Numbered from the stretch's first letter, positions 9,041 to 19,853 are shown. The stretch is DNA of 64,000 bases from Bacteroidaceae bacterium (GCA_045631205.1 JAZQUI010000031.1:7606-71605), one strand, 5' to 3'. Numbers and translations: made by a program. The notes: generated by a model not told the origin, from the letters alone.

Positions 9041-9048
9041 TAAATTTG
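9041..9048 (+). promoter_or_regulatory. -7 box TAAATTTG upstream of proC
   Basis: Exact TAnnTTTG match, 31 nt before the ATG at 9079. Confidence 0.4.
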
Positions 9049-9078
9049 CACCTCGTGTAATTACTGAACAACAGAAAA

Positions 9079-9876
9079 ATGAAAATAGCAATAATAGGAG
9101 CCGGAAATATGGGTGGGGCAATAGCAAGAGGCCTTGCTCTCACCGCACAGGGTGTCGAGATTTACGTGTCGAACCCTTCGACCGGCAAGCTCGATGCGTT
9201 GAAGAGCGAATATCCATCTATAAATACAACAACTTGTAACAGTGAAGCTGCGGCTGGTGCCGACATCGTTTTTCTTGCCGTGAAACCCTGGAAGGTGGAA
9301 GAGGTTATTGAAGAACTGAAACCTGTACTCGATTATGGCAAGCAGGTGGTGGCCTCGGTGGCGGGCGGAGTGAGCAGCGAATTGCTCGACGGTTGGCTTG
9401 CGCAAGATGGTGAGGCTTTGCCAGTGCTTTATATAGTTATTCCCAATACAGCCATAGCCACACGCGAGAGTGTTACGTTTGTAAGCGGCAAACGTGCCAC
9501 AGCGGCAAGCAACGAGGCGATGCTCGCGCTCTTTTCGCCTCTTGGCGAGGTTGTGCCTGTGCCCGAAGAGCTTATACCGGCAGGAACATCGCTTGCTTCG
9601 TGCGGCATAGCATACGCGCTGCAATATATACGCGCGGCGGTAGCTGGCGGCGTTGAGCTTGGCTTTGGCGAGGGTGATGCGCAAAAGATAGTGATGCAGA
9701 CTGTTAAAGGGGCGTTGAGTGTGCTTTGTGCCAACGGAACAACTCCCGAAGTGGAAATAAACAAGGTAACAACCCCGGGAGGTCTCACATTGAAGGGGCT
9801 CTCGGCAATGGCGTCGGCAGGGTTCGACGAGAGCGTTGCAGAGGGGTTGCGTGCTTCTACAAAAAAGAATTTATAA
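9079..9876 (+). CDS. proC: pyrroline-5-carboxylate reductase
   Basis: Rossmann start MKIAIIGAGNMGGAI and a C-terminal TTPGG block. It is the first gene of a pro operon. Confidence 0.9.
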   Translation: MKIAIIGAGNMGGAIARGLALTAQGVEIYVSNPSTGKLDALKSEYPSINTTTCNSEAAAGADIVFLAVKPWKVEEVIEELKPVLDYGKQVVASVAGGVSSELLDGWLAQDGEALPVLYIVIPNTAIATRESVTFVSGKRATAASNEAMLALFSPLGEVVPVPEELIPAGTSLASCGIAYALQYIRAAVAGGVELGFGEGDAQKIVMQTVKGALSVLCANGTTPEVEINKVTTPGGLTLKGLSAMASAGFDESVAEGLRASTKKNL

Positions 9877-9880
9877 AACT

Positions 9881-10969
9881 ATGCAGACAATATACAAACG
9901 TATAGCAGTAAAGGTGGGCAGCAACGTGCTCACCCGTGCCGACGGAACACTCGATGTTACGCGTATGTCGGCCATTGTTGACGAGATTGCCGCTCTGCGC
10001 TCAATGGGTGTTGAGGTTGTGCTCATCTCTTCGGGAGCTGTGGCAAGCGGCCGTAGCGAGTTGCGCGGTCTTGCGGCGAAGAACCTCGATACAGTGGGGC
10101 AGCGTCAGCTTTTTTCAGCTGTTGGTCAGGCAAAACTCATAAATCGTTACTATGAACTCTTCCGCGAGCACAATATACCGGTGGGGCAGGTACTCACTAT
10201 GAAGGAGAGCTTTGCCACCCGTCGTCTTTACCTCAACCAGCGTAACTGCATTATGGTGATGCTCGACAACGGCGTGCTCCCCATTGTGAACGAGAACGAC
10301 ACGGTGAGTGTAACCGAGCTTATGTTTACCGACAACGACGAGCTTTCGGGTATGATAGCCTCTATGGTCGATGCGCAGGCACTTGTTATCCTTAGCAACA
10401 TCGACGGTGTGTATAATGGCGTTCCCGGTGCCGAGGGTGTTGAGGTTATACGCCACGTGGAACCGGGCAGAGAACTTTCCGATTATATTCAGGCTACAAA
10501 GTCGAGTTTCGGTCGCGGAGGTATGATGACAAAGTGCAACATTGCCCGCAAGGTTGCCGAAGAGGGTATTGCGGTATATATTGCAAACGGCAAGCGCGAG
10601 GGTGTGCTCACCGCTTTGGTAACAGAGCCTGAAAATGTAGTATGCACCTGTTTCGAGCCCTCAAAGGACAGTGTGTCGCCGATTAAAAAGTGGATAGCTC
10701 ACAGCACCGGTTTCGTGAAGGGTACAATATTCCTGAACGAGAAGGCGGTGGATGCTGTATGTGGCGAAAAGGCTGTGAGCATATTGCCTGTGGGTGTTGT
10801 TAAGGTCGATGGCACTTTCGGGCGCGACGACCTTGTGCAGGTGGCATCGGCCGACGGCAAGGTGTTGGGTGTCGGACGCATAGCCTGCGACAGCGAGGAG
10901 ATTAAGGAACTTATGGGCAAGCACGGTTGCAAGCCCGTGGTACATTACGATTATCTATATTTGGAATAA
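9881..10969 (+). CDS. proB: glutamate 5-kinase (with PUA domain)
   Basis: Shows [20 protein letters not shown] and FTDNDELS. The start is set at the ATG at 9881, 4 nt after the proC stop. The ORF-track start at 9836 overlaps proC. Confidence 0.93.
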   Translation: MQTIYKRIAVKVGSNVLTRADGTLDVTRMSAIVDEIAALRSMGVEVVLISSGAVASGRSELRGLAAKNLDTVGQRQLFSAVGQAKLINRYYELFREHNIPVGQVLTMKESFATRRLYLNQRNCIMVMLDNGVLPIVNENDTVSVTELMFTDNDELSGMIASMVDAQALVILSNIDGVYNGVPGAEGVEVIRHVEPGRELSDYIQATKSSFGRGGMMTKCNIARKVAEEGIAVYIANGKREGVLTALVTEPENVVCTCFEPSKDSVSPIKKWIAHSTGFVKGTIFLNEKAVDAVCGEKAVSILPVGVVKVDGTFGRDDLVQVASADGKVLGVGRIACDSEEIKELMGKHGCKPVVHYDYLYLE

Positions 10970-10971
10970 GA

Positions 10972-12225
10972 ATGATTATGGAATACAATGATATATTCAA
11001 AAGGGTGAAAACCGCTTCTACTGCGGTTTTGAAACTTGGTGCAGAGCAGGTGAATAAGATTCTGCTTGCCGTGGCCGATGCTGCAGTGGAGCGTTCTGCC
11101 GAAATTCTCGCAGCCAACGAAGAGGATTTAAAGAAAATGTCGCCCGAAGACCCTCGTTACGACCGTTTGCGTCTTACCCCCGAGCGCATTGCTGCCATTG
11201 CCGACGATATGCGTAATGTGGCTTCTTTGCCATCGCCTCTTGGTCGTGTACTTAAAGAAAATACCCTTCCCAACGGGCTTGAACTAAAGCGTGTGAGCGT
11301 TCCTTTCGGCGTGATTGGCGTTATTTATGAGGCGCGTCCCAATGTGAGTTTCGATGTCTTTGCCCTCTGCTTGAAGGCGGGTAGCGCTTGTGTGCTTAAA
11401 GGTGGCAGCGATGCCGAGGCTTCGAACAAGGCAATCGTGGAGGTTATCCGTTCGGTACTCGGCAATTATGGTGTAGACAAGCACATTGTGGAGCTTTTGC
11501 CCGTGGAGCGCGAGGCTACAAATGCTTTGCTGACAGCGCGCGGTTATGTCGATTTGATAATCCCTCGCGGCAGTAGCGGTCTTATAAATTTTGTACGTGC
11601 CAACGCTACTATACCCGTTATTGAGACCGGTGCAGGCGTGTGCCACACATACTTCGATGTGTCGGGTAACCTTGAAAAGGGTATGGCTATTGTGAACAAT
11701 GCAAAAACCCGCCGTGTGAGTGTGTGCAACGCACTCGACTGCTTGCTTGTACACACGGCAAGGCTTGGTGAGCTTGCTGCTCTCTGTGCTCCCTTGCAGC
11801 GTAGTAATGTCAAAATTTATGCCGACGGTGCCGCTTATGGTGCTCTCGAAGGCAGTTACCCCTCGGAATTGCTCTTTCACGCGACAGACGAGAGCTATGG
11901 CACGGAATTTCTGAGCTATGCAATGTCGGTTAAAACTGTATCTTCTGTCGATGAGGCTGTGGAGCATATTGCAGCATACGGTTCGGGGCACAGCGAGTGC
12001 GTGGTAGCCGAGGACGATGCTGTTGTGGATACTTTTACCTTGCTTGTCGATGCAGCTTGTGTCTATGCAAATGCACCTACTTCGTTTACCGACGGAGCAC
12101 AGTTCGGGCTTGGTGCCGAGATTGGTATAAGCACGCAGAAACTGCACGCTCGTGGCCCTATGGCTCTCGAGGAGATTGTTACTTATAAGTGGATTATAAA
12201 GGGTAACGGGCAGGTTCGCGGGTAG
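10972..12225 (+). CDS. proA: glutamate-5-semialdehyde dehydrogenase
   Basis: Aldehyde dehydrogenase-type blocks are present ([22 protein letters not shown]). The start is at the ATG at 10972, 2 nt after the proB stop. Confidence 0.93.
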   Translation: MIMEYNDIFKRVKTASTAVLKLGAEQVNKILLAVADAAVERSAEILAANEEDLKKMSPEDPRYDRLRLTPERIAAIADDMRNVASLPSPLGRVLKENTLPNGLELKRVSVPFGVIGVIYEARPNVSFDVFALCLKAGSACVLKGGSDAEASNKAIVEVIRSVLGNYGVDKHIVELLPVEREATNALLTARGYVDLIIPRGSSGLINFVRANATIPVIETGAGVCHTYFDVSGNLEKGMAIVNNAKTRRVSVCNALDCLLVHTARLGELAALCAPLQRSNVKIYADGAAYGALEGSYPSELLFHATDESYGTEFLSYAMSVKTVSSVDEAVEHIAAYGSGHSECVVAEDDAVVDTFTLLVDAACVYANAPTSFTDGAQFGLGAEIGISTQKLHARGPMALEEIVTYKWIIKGNGQVRG

Positions 12226-12277
12226 TTTAATTTTTTTATCATTGGAGGCTGACCCAAAAGTAATATATACAAAGTAA

Positions 12278-12319
12278 ACACCCTCGTCAGAATATACACT
12301 GACGAGGGTGTGATGTTTT
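12278..12319. terminator. terminator between proA and the convergent OMP gene
   Basis: A 13-bp stem (acaccctcgtcag / ctgacgagggtgt) followed by gatgtttt. Confidence 0.7.
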
Positions 12320-12357
12320 AAAAAGGGGCTTTTGTGTCACCCACGTTATATTGTGAT

Positions 12358-13068
12358 TTAGAATTCATATCCTATTTTAATGTTTATTCCGTTGCAATTC
12401 TCGGTAGTTTTTGTGATAGAATAGTCATAGTTATAACCATTATAATAATAATAGAGCCATTCAGCATCAAACTTCTGAATAGTATATCCACAACTTACAT
12501 TGAAATGTCCGATTTTGCATCCAATTGATGGTGATATATATAATCCTTCTACATCTATAAAAGAGTATCCGGCTTTGATATCTAAATAAGGAGCGATTCC
12601 CTTATTTATAAAAGTGAAACGGCTGTTTAAAAAGATAGGTAGTGCAAAAACTTTAGAATCTAAATAATAATTTGCTCCAAAGCCGGCGCCAAAATAGACA
12701 TAAGGATTTATTTGAATACCGTGTGAAGTCGTGAGTTCTATTCTGTCTTCTTTAAAATCGCCTGTACCTATTGTATATCCAAAGTCTATAAATCCTTTAT
12801 AACCGCTTTTATTTCCTTCTTCAAATGAGAAACTATTATTGTTTTTAAAAGCAGCTTCTTTTGTTATTTTTTCAACATCATCCATTTGGTATGCAAAGAT
12901 GTTGCCGTCTTTTGTTGAGATTTTAAGTGATACTCCGGGAATTTGTTCTGTAATAACTCCACGTATAACACTACCGTTTTTCAAGTAGATTACCTCTTCT
13001 AAATTTTGTGCGGAACACACATTGATGCATCCGATAAAAAGGAGCATAAAAAACACAAACTTTTTCAT
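12358..13068 (-). CDS. outer membrane beta-barrel protein
   Basis: The start is set at MKKFVFFMLLFIGCINVCSAQ (signal peptide). The protein has alternating beta-strand character and ends in an aromatic residue (GYEF). The ORF-track N-terminal extension to 13203 is not credible. Confidence 0.7.
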   Translation of the reverse strand: MKKFVFFMLLFIGCINVCSAQNLEEVIYLKNGSVIRGVITEQIPGVSLKISTKDGNIFAYQMDDVEKITKEAAFKNNNSFSFEEGNKSGYKGFIDFGYTIGTGDFKEDRIELTTSHGIQINPYVYFGAGFGANYYLDSKVFALPIFLNSRFTFINKGIAPYLDIKAGYSFIDVEGLYISPSIGCKIGHFNVSCGYTIQKFDAEWLYYYYNGYNYDYSITKTTENCNGINIKIGYEF

Positions 13069-13114
13069 AATAATATAAAAGTTATTTGCTTTCATAATTC
13101 CCCGATGAAGCTGT

Positions 13115-13200
13115 AAATAAAAGAAAGCGTGGGAACTATTGTTATTATTGTACCGAGGCTCTGGACTGCCTACTATCAAGTAATAAACAATAGCCCACGC
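13115..13200 (-). terminator. extended 74-nt imperfect hairpin plus U-tract (terminator-like, minus strand)
   Basis: The arms gcgtgggaactattgttattattgtaccgaggc and gcctactatcaagtaataaacaatagcccacgc pair with small bulges. On the minus strand the hairpin is followed by tttcttttattt. Confidence 0.5.
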
Positions 13201-13367
13201 CAAACGGTATATAATCCACCTTGTGAGTGTATATATAACAATTGACGTGAGCGCCTTGCTTAATATCCTTGATAGCTTGGAATTGTCCAGATTCCGGTAC
13301 AGGATAAAACAAACGCTCTTAATTAAATTATGTCTTCTCGACGCTTTGTGGCGTGCGGGATTTGTGA

Positions 13368-13375
13368 CAAAAATA
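13368..13375 (-). promoter_or_regulatory. -7 box TATTTTTG inside the 406-bp intergenic region
   Basis: The plus strand reads CAAAAATA. A second copy sits at 13407-13414. Confidence 0.3.
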
Positions 13376-13474
13376 TTTAAAAGTTTTTGTTAAAGCAAGT
13401 GTTGTACAAAAATAGTGTGATTGGAATTTAAGAAAGTGTCTTATACTTTTTGTAACGACAAAATATTGTTGGCA

Positions 13475-14098
13475 TTACTTGCAACAATCGCGCAAAGTAA
13501 TAAGCGCCTCGGGACCCATATTGAACAGCAAGTCAATGATACTTGCGCAGGGAATGAACCCGTTGCGTGTGGCAAACACCTGGTAGTAAGGCTCGGGAGT
13601 GAAATGAGCGATGTTTCCAAGGTTCTTGGGCTCGGCTGCGTGGCGCAGGTCCTCAATATTGTTTTCCTCTGTTTTCAACGAGTTTTTTTCGGCAATGATG
13701 GTCTCTCTTTCAAGTCCTAAAAGTTCGCATACCACAGCGTGCAGGCGTAGGTTGAAATCCATAAGGAAGCCGTCGCGTTCCCTGTAGAAACGGGCAAAAT
13801 CGTCGGCATAATAGTCGAAAAAAGCACTCTTGCGGTAAGCACTTACAATGGCGTTCCAGTGAAGGTGGCGCCAGTTACCGTGCTCGCTTATGCGTACATC
13901 GCGCATCGCTTGGTTACCATTGTGCACAATGGGTATGGTCAGTGTCTGTGTGCCGTTCTCGGTGGCAATGACGGTGCGGTTGCGGAAGGTTTGCTTCACG
14001 AACGGTGCGTCGGCATCTATTACAAGTTTGTCGGCTGCAAAGAGGCGGGCATACACGGGCACTGGGGCGAGGTATAATGAGTGCGTCAACAATTCCAT
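13475..14098 (-). CDS. WbqC-like family protein
   Basis: The blocks QTFRNRTVI...TIPI and HGNW...HW....AY..S.FF.YY match the WbqC family as I remember it. It is the last gene of the dapB-lepB array. Confidence 0.7.
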   Translation of the reverse strand: MELLTHSLYLAPVPVYARLFAADKLVIDADAPFVKQTFRNRTVIATENGTQTLTIPIVHNGNQAMRDVRISEHGNWRHLHWNAIVSAYRKSAFFDYYADDFARFYRERDGFLMDFNLRLHAVVCELLGLERETIIAEKNSLKTEENNIEDLRHAAEPKNLGNIAHFTPEPYYQVFATRNGFIPCASIIDLLFNMGPEALITLRDCCK

Positions 14099-14110
14099 TG
14101 GCTGGTGTGC

Positions 14111-15532
14111 TTATTTGTAGCTATCGACGAAACGGAAAAGACGGTTCCAGCGTATTTTGCCGTCGAACCAGCCACGGTCTTTGTCGAGCGAGAGCCATAT
14201 AAGTATGGGTTTGCCCACAATGTGGTCCTCGGGTACGAATCCCCAGCAACGTGAGTCGGCGCTGTTGTGGCGGTTGTCGCCCATCATCCAATAGTAGTCC
14301 ATTTTGAATGTGTAGCTTGTGCTCTCAACGCCGTTGATATAGATTTTTCCATCTTTCACTTTGAGGTCGTTGCCTTCGTACACGGCGATGGGGCGCTCAT
14401 ACACGGGCAGGTTCTCGAGTGTGAGGGCTATGCTCTCGCCACGTTTGGGTATCCACACAGGGCCGTAGTTGTCCACAGTCCAGCGGGTGTAGCCGTTGAG
14501 CGGGTATATGCCGTGTGTCTCGTCGTTAATCACAGGCTCTATTGAACTCACAAGCGAGGTGTTGCTCTGCAGTTGTTTGAGTGTGTTTTTGGTGAGGGGT
14601 ATAAGGTAACGGCCGTTGTGATAGCGTTGCAGGTCGTCTTTGCTTATATCGAGCTTGCGGCGTATTCTTTCGGGCATAGCGGCTTTGAACTTCACCCAGT
14701 AGTTGTACTGCACATTTTCGGGTGCGGCGCTCTCTTTACCGTTGATATAGATGTCTTTATCTATTATCTGCAAGGTGTCGCCGGGGAGGCCTACACAGCG
14801 TTTTACATAATTCTCGCGACGGTCAACAGGTCGCCACGTTTTTTCGCCGAACTGTTCGGGGTGGCTGTCGATGTATTGTCTGCCTGCTGCATAATAGAGG
14901 TCGTACACCGCACGTTGGCGCTCGGTGGTGAGGCTGTCCATTATGGGCTTGTTGGGGTAGAGGCTCTCTCCAATGTAGTAGCAGTCGCTGTAATAGTCTA
15001 TCACCTGCGGGTTGGTGGTGGCTGTGTCGCCTGCGGGGTAGTTGAATACAACAATGTCGCCACGTTTTATATCTTCCCACCCGGGCACACGCTCATAGTC
15101 CCACTGTATGCAGTCGAGGTAGCTTTTTGTGCCGGTTACGGGCATAGTATGCTGTGTGAGAGGCATACTCAAAGGGGTCTGCGGCTTGCGCGGGCCGTAA
15201 TTCATTTTGCTCACAAAGAGGTAGTCGCCCACCAGGAGTGATTTTTCGAGCGACGACGAGGGTATCACATAATTCTGGAAGAAGAAAAGGTTTACAAAAT
15301 ATACCGCTACAAGTGCGAATACAATTGCATCGACCCAGCTCATTACTGTGCGTACTGCGGAGTTATTGCTTTTTTTCCACCATCCCCAGGGGATGAACTT
15401 TGTGATATAATTGTCTATGATAAAGGGTATTACAATTATGCCCATCCAACTTTTTACCCACACGAGGAAGGCAATGTAGAGGGTGAGGGCCACGGTGAGG
15501 CGTATGTAATCCTTTATAGTGGGCTTTCTCAT
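14111..15532 (-). CDS. lepB: signal peptidase I
   Basis: Shows the catalytic Ser region SSSLEKSLLVGDY, and GDNRHNSADSRCWGFVPEDHIVGKP. Confidence 0.9.
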   Translation of the reverse strand: MRKPTIKDYIRLTVALTLYIAFLVWVKSWMGIIVIPFIIDNYITKFIPWGWWKKSNNSAVRTVMSWVDAIVFALVAVYFVNLFFFQNYVIPSSSLEKSLLVGDYLFVSKMNYGPRKPQTPLSMPLTQHTMPVTGTKSYLDCIQWDYERVPGWEDIKRGDIVVFNYPAGDTATTNPQVIDYYSDCYYIGESLYPNKPIMDSLTTERQRAVYDLYYAAGRQYIDSHPEQFGEKTWRPVDRRENYVKRCVGLPGDTLQIIDKDIYINGKESAAPENVQYNYWVKFKAAMPERIRRKLDISKDDLQRYHNGRYLIPLTKNTLKQLQSNTSLVSSIEPVINDETHGIYPLNGYTRWTVDNYGPVWIPKRGESIALTLENLPVYERPIAVYEGNDLKVKDGKIYINGVESTSYTFKMDYYWMMGDNRHNSADSRCWGFVPEDHIVGKPILIWLSLDKDRGWFDGKIRWNRLFRFVDSYK

Positions 15533-15547
15533 TGTGCTTGTTTCTTT

Positions 15548-16303
15548 TTAAAAGTCGAACAAATTGCTCATTCCCAGGAGGCCGTTGTGCTCGTTTACAT
15601 ACTCGGCTGCAATTACTGCGCCAAGAGCAAAGCCGCTACGGTTTTTTGCGTCGTGGGTGATGGTGATGCTATCGGCTGCAGAGTCGTATGTGATGGTGTG
15701 TATGCCGGGTACTTCGTCGCGACGTATAGCATCAATCTTGAGCTCGTTTTCGGCGGGTTGTGCACCTGCTGTGATGCTGCCGTCGGGGTTGGTGAGGTCG
15801 CCCATAACCCACGCATTCTTGCGGTCGAGGTTCTCGAGTATGCCCTCGGCAAGTGTAATGGCTGTGCCGCTGGGTGCGTCGAGTTTGTGAATGTGGTGAG
15901 TCTCCTCCATTTGAACGCTGTAATTGGGGAAACGGTTCATAATCTTTGCAAGATAGCGGTTTACTGCCGAGAATACAGCAACGCCCAAGCTGAAGTTGCT
16001 TGACCAGAAGAGTGTCTTGTCCTCTTTCTCGCAAAGTTCGCGCATTTCGTTTTCGTGCTGCTGGTACCATCCTGTGCTGCCGCTAACAACCTTTACGCCT
16101 GCTGCCATAGCCTCTTTGCAGTTTTCGTAGGCAACGGTGGGTGCGGTGAATTCTATTGCAACATCGGCCGAGCGGAATGCTTCGCTTGCAAAATCCTCGC
16201 GGTTGTCGATGTCTATGATGGAAACGATTTCGTGTCCTCTCTCTATGGCAATTTTCTCAATGGTCTTGCCCATTTTGCCATATCCTATAAGTGCTATTTT
16301 CAT
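15548..16303 (-). CDS. dapB: 4-hydroxy-tetrahydrodipicolinate reductase
   Basis: Shows MKIALIGYGKMG and the EETHHIHKLDAPSGTA motif. Confidence 0.9.
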   Translation of the reverse strand: MKIALIGYGKMGKTIEKIAIERGHEIVSIIDIDNREDFASEAFRSADVAIEFTAPTVAYENCKEAMAAGVKVVSGSTGWYQQHENEMRELCEKEDKTLFWSSNFSLGVAVFSAVNRYLAKIMNRFPNYSVQMEETHHIHKLDAPSGTAITLAEGILENLDRKNAWVMGDLTNPDGSITAGAQPAENELKIDAIRRDEVPGIHTITYDSAADSITITHDAKNRSGFALGAVIAAEYVNEHNGLLGMSNLFDF

Positions 16304-16387
16304 ATATGTTTTTAATTTGCTTTTTGTTAGGCTGCGCGAAGATAGTGAAAAATCCGATACGTTGCATCGCTTTGCGCGCGCGAGTGT

Positions 16388-17590
16388 TTAAAAGTTCTCT
16401 TTATGTGCGTGTGCGAGGGGGTGTTTTTGCAGGAATTTCTTTGTAAGATATCTCCTCACAGGTTCATCGTATAGCTTCAAAATTGTGTAGGCAAGGAGTA
16501 TGCTTGCTATTATTACCATAAGTGCAACGCCCCAGGTGGCACCCCAGGTGTAGTGGTGTTCCTCAATGAGCCACGCGTAGAAAATGTACATTATGGGGTA
16601 GTGGATAATGTAGAGAGGGTACGATATGTCGCCAAGAAATTTGTTTATGCGCCCGGCGATGTTGTCGCCGCACGTTCCGCAAGCTCCCACCCACACGATA
16701 ATCGGGAAGAGGAGCGCAATGCATAAAACTTCGTAGAGACTGTTGAAGCTTGCGGTGCTGTCGGTGGCAATGTATGGCACGGAAAAGGCAGCTGCAAGCA
16801 GGGTGGTGCATATCCAGAATGCTCCTTTTATTTTGCGGGGTTTGAAGTTGCGTGCAAGTAGCATACCCATTGTGAATGGAAAGAGTATACGCAAAAGGCC
16901 TCCCGCAAGGTTTGCAGCATCGATTGTCCAGCCAACTCCTACACAGTCGTATCCCGAAATGTTGCCCACGAAGAACCAGGCGTGGGCAATGCCAAGCAGG
17001 GCTGTGAGCACGGCAAGGGCTTTTGTCGGCAAACGGCGTATGAAAAGGGCATAAAGTATGTTGCCTATATATTCAAAGAACAGCGACCAGGCGGGGCCGT
17101 TCAAAGGGAACATTTCGCCGTTGCCTCGAACCTCGTAAGGGAGCCCGGGAAGAGCAGGTATCATAATCATAGTGAACAACATAGCGAGCATAACCATACT
17201 TGCCGGTGTTGTTGTTCCGTCCCACTTTTCACACCCTGTAGCAACGAAGGTTACAACGCCAATCAATGCGCCAATAAGAACCATCGGGTGCAGGCGTATA
17301 AGGCGGCGTGTGAAAAAGTTGCCGAGTGACATGGTTTTCCATCGGCCGTCGTAGGCGTAACTTATCACAAATCCCGACAGAATAAAGAAAAAATCCACTG
17401 CAATGTGGCCGTGGTTCAGCGTGGTGATAATTCCTGCTCCCTCGCCGTTTGTGGCTTCGGCAAATGCAAAACCTTCGAAAATGTGGTACCACAAAACAAA
17501 GAGTGCGGCTACTCCGCGCAGCCCGTCGAGCAGTTCGTAATGTGGCTTTGTATCGGCAAAAATTGCCGATGAAATTGTGGTTTTTTGCAT
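16388..17590 (-). CDS. acyltransferase family 3 membrane protein
   Basis: Shows LDGLRGVAALFVLWYH and about 10 hydrophobic helices. Confidence 0.8.
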   Translation of the reverse strand: MQKTTISSAIFADTKPHYELLDGLRGVAALFVLWYHIFEGFAFAEATNGEGAGIITTLNHGHIAVDFFFILSGFVISYAYDGRWKTMSLGNFFTRRLIRLHPMVLIGALIGVVTFVATGCEKWDGTTTPASMVMLAMLFTMIMIPALPGLPYEVRGNGEMFPLNGPAWSLFFEYIGNILYALFIRRLPTKALAVLTALLGIAHAWFFVGNISGYDCVGVGWTIDAANLAGGLLRILFPFTMGMLLARNFKPRKIKGAFWICTTLLAAAFSVPYIATDSTASFNSLYEVLCIALLFPIIVWVGACGTCGDNIAGRINKFLGDISYPLYIIHYPIMYIFYAWLIEEHHYTWGATWGVALMVIIASILLAYTILKLYDEPVRRYLTKKFLQKHPLAHAHKENF

Positions 17591-17633
17591 AGTTATCCTG
17601 TTTGGTTTCTTCTTTTTATGTTTCCTGTTTTCG

Positions 17634-17641
17634 CAAAGATA
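17634..17641 (-). promoter_or_regulatory. -7 box TATCTTTG upstream of the acyltransferase gene
   Basis: The plus strand reads CAAAGATA, 44 nt from the ATG at 17590. Confidence 0.4.
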
Positions 17642-17743
17642 GTCTTTTGTATCTTTATTTCCAAGGGTTTGTGTAGCGCGCGCCTTGCGTCGTGTAGTTT
17701 ATAATTATATATATTATATATGCGCAAATCAAAATAAAATAAC

Positions 17744-17751
17744 TATTTTTG
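17744..17751 (+). promoter_or_regulatory. -7 box TATTTTTG upstream of metG
   Basis: Exact TAnnTTTG match, 62 nt before the ATG at 17813. Confidence 0.4.
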
Positions 17752-17812
17752 CAAATTGTAGAGTAGAATGCCTCAAAAGCGCAAAATAAGATAAACAAAA
17801 TATATAACCCTT

Positions 17813-19852
17813 ATGGAAAAGAAATTCAAAAGAACTTTGGTAACATCGGCCTTGCCTTATGCCAATGGTCCCGTACACATCGGTCACCTTGCAGGCGTTT
17901 ATGTACCGGCCGACATCTACACACGCTATCTGCGTCTTAAAGGCGAAGAGGTGCTTTTTATCGGTGGTAGCGACGAGCATGGTGTGCCCGTGACAATACG
18001 TGCAAAGAAGGAGGGTATTACTCCGCAGGATGTTGTAGACCGTTATCACAACATAATCAAAGAGTCGTTCGAGGGTTTCGGCATTTCGTTCGATGTTTAT
18101 TCGCGTACGACATCGCAGACTCACCGCGAGCTTGCTTCCGACTTCTTCCGTAAACTTTATGAGGAAGGCAAGTTTGTGGAGATGGAGAGCGAGCAGTACT
18201 ACGACGAGGGCGAGCAGCAGTTCCTTACCGACCGCAACATTCGTGGTGAGTGTCCTCGCTGTCACGCTGCCGATGCTTATGGCGACCAGTGCGAGAAGTG
18301 TGGTGCCACACTTTCACCCGACGAATTGATAAATCCTTATAACGCCGATTCGGGCAACAAGCTGGTGAAACGCAAGACAAGTCACTGGTACTTACCCCTT
18401 GACCAGTATCAGCCTTGGTTGGAGCAGTGGATTTTGAACGACCACAAGGAGTGGCGCAGCAATGTTTACGGTCAGTGCAAGAGCTGGCTCGATACAGGTT
18501 TGAAACCCCGTGCCGTAACTCGCGACCTCAACTGGGGTATTCCTGTACCCGTGGAAGGTGCCGAGGGTAAAGTGCTTTATGTGTGGTTCGATGCTCCCAT
18601 CGGCTATATAAGCAACACAAAGGAGTTGTTGCCCGACACTTGGGAACAGTGGTGGAAGAGCGAGGATACACGCCTTGTACACTTCATTGGTAAGGATAAT
18701 ATTGTGTTCCACTGCATTGTATTCCCCACAATGCTTAAAGCTCACGGTGATTATGTTCTCCCCGACAATGTGCCCAGCAACGAGTTCCTGAACCTTGAAG
18801 ACGACAAAATCTCAACATCACGTAACTGGGCTGTATGGCTCAATGAGTATCTTGTGGATTTCCCCGGCAAGCAGGATGTATTGCGCTATGTGCTCACTGC
18901 CAATGCCCCCGAAACAAAGGATAACAACTTCACCTGGAAGGATTTCCAGGCGCGCAACAACAACGAGCTTGTTGCCGTTTATGGTAACTTTGTTAACCGC
19001 GCTCTTGTGCTTACCAAGAAATATTTCGATGGCAAAGTACCCGCTGCCGGTGAGTTCAGCGATTATGACAAGTCTATAATCGAGGAGTTTGTGAACGTGA
19101 AAGACCGCGTAGAGAGCCTTCTCGACCAATATAAGTTCCGCGAGGCACAGAAGGAGGCTATGGAGCTTGCCCGCATCGGTAACCGTTATCTTGCCGAAAC
19201 CGAGCCTTGGAAACTTGCAAAAACCGACCTCACTCGCGTTGCAACAATACTTAACCTCTCGCTTCAGCTCGTGGCAAACCTTTCTATCGTGTTCGAGCCT
19301 TTCTTGCCTTTCAGCAGCAAGAAGTTGCGTGAGATGCTCAACCTTGCCGAGTTTGAGTGGGCAAGCCTTGGCAGCATAAACTTGTTGCCCGAAGGCCACG
19401 CTCTTGGTGAAGTGAGCTTGTTGTTCGACAAGATAGAGGACGATGTTATACAGGCACAGCTCGACCGCCTTGCCCGCATCAAGAAAGAGAACGAGGCAGC
19501 TGCCTACAAGGCTAAACCCATCAAAGAGACAATCGCTTTCGAGGATTTCGAGAAAGTGGATATTCGTGTGGGTACTGTGCTCGAGTGTACAAAAGTTCCC
19601 AAGGCCGACAAACTGCTGCAGTTCAAGATTGACGATGGCTTGGAAACACGTACCATCCTATCTGGTATTGCAAAACAGTTCAAGCCCGAAGAACTTGTTG
19701 GCAAACAGGTATGTTTTATCGCCAACCTTGCTCCCCGCACCTTGCGCGGTATTGTGAGCCAGGGTATGATTTTGAGTGCCGAGGATAATGAGGGTAAACT
19801 CTCTCTGCTCACCGTTGCTCCCACCGCAAAACCAGGTAGTGAAGTAAAATAA
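17813..19852 (+). CDS. metG: methionine--tRNA ligase
   Basis: Has a HIGH-type motif ([11 protein letters not shown]), a KMSKS-type motif (KISTSR) and a zinc knuckle (CPRCHA...CEKCG). The C-terminus carries a tRNA-binding domain. Confidence 0.97.
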   Translation: MEKKFKRTLVTSALPYANGPVHIGHLAGVYVPADIYTRYLRLKGEEVLFIGGSDEHGVPVTIRAKKEGITPQDVVDRYHNIIKESFEGFGISFDVYSRTTSQTHRELASDFFRKLYEEGKFVEMESEQYYDEGEQQFLTDRNIRGECPRCHAADAYGDQCEKCGATLSPDELINPYNADSGNKLVKRKTSHWYLPLDQYQPWLEQWILNDHKEWRSNVYGQCKSWLDTGLKPRAVTRDLNWGIPVPVEGAEGKVLYVWFDAPIGYISNTKELLPDTWEQWWKSEDTRLVHFIGKDNIVFHCIVFPTMLKAHGDYVLPDNVPSNEFLNLEDDKISTSRNWAVWLNEYLVDFPGKQDVLRYVLTANAPETKDNNFTWKDFQARNNNELVAVYGNFVNRALVLTKKYFDGKVPAAGEFSDYDKSIIEEFVNVKDRVESLLDQYKFREAQKEAMELARIGNRYLAETEPWKLAKTDLTRVATILNLSLQLVANLSIVFEPFLPFSSKKLREMLNLAEFEWASLGSINLLPEGHALGEVSLLFDKIEDDVIQAQLDRLARIKKENEAAAYKAKPIKETIAFEDFEKVDIRVGTVLECTKVPKADKLLQFKIDDGLETRTILSGIAKQFKPEELVGKQVCFIANLAPRTLRGIVSQGMILSAEDNEGKLSLLTVAPTAKPGSEVK

Positions 19853-19853
19853 G

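Noticed and set aside
9836-9880. N-terminal extensions in the ORF track for proB (9836), proA (10927), nrdD (28930), nrdG (31119), gldH (42268), the epimerase (33719), and the OMP genes (13203, 61606).
   Set aside because: The extensions overlap upstream genes or regulatory RNA. They precede the point where family homology or the signal peptide begins. Internal ATGs placed a few nt after the upstream stops fit better.
11284-12147. Long antisense ORF (287 aa) opposite proA. Similar ones lie opposite lepB (14573-15241), pepP (25815-26699), rnr (35052-35663 and 35733-36353), mrdA (44547-45212) and nrdD (30271-30987).
   Set aside because: Each lies entirely inside a gene with unmistakable family motifs on the other strand. 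Their translations are low-complexity and Cys/His/Arg-rich, which is typical of shadow ORFs.
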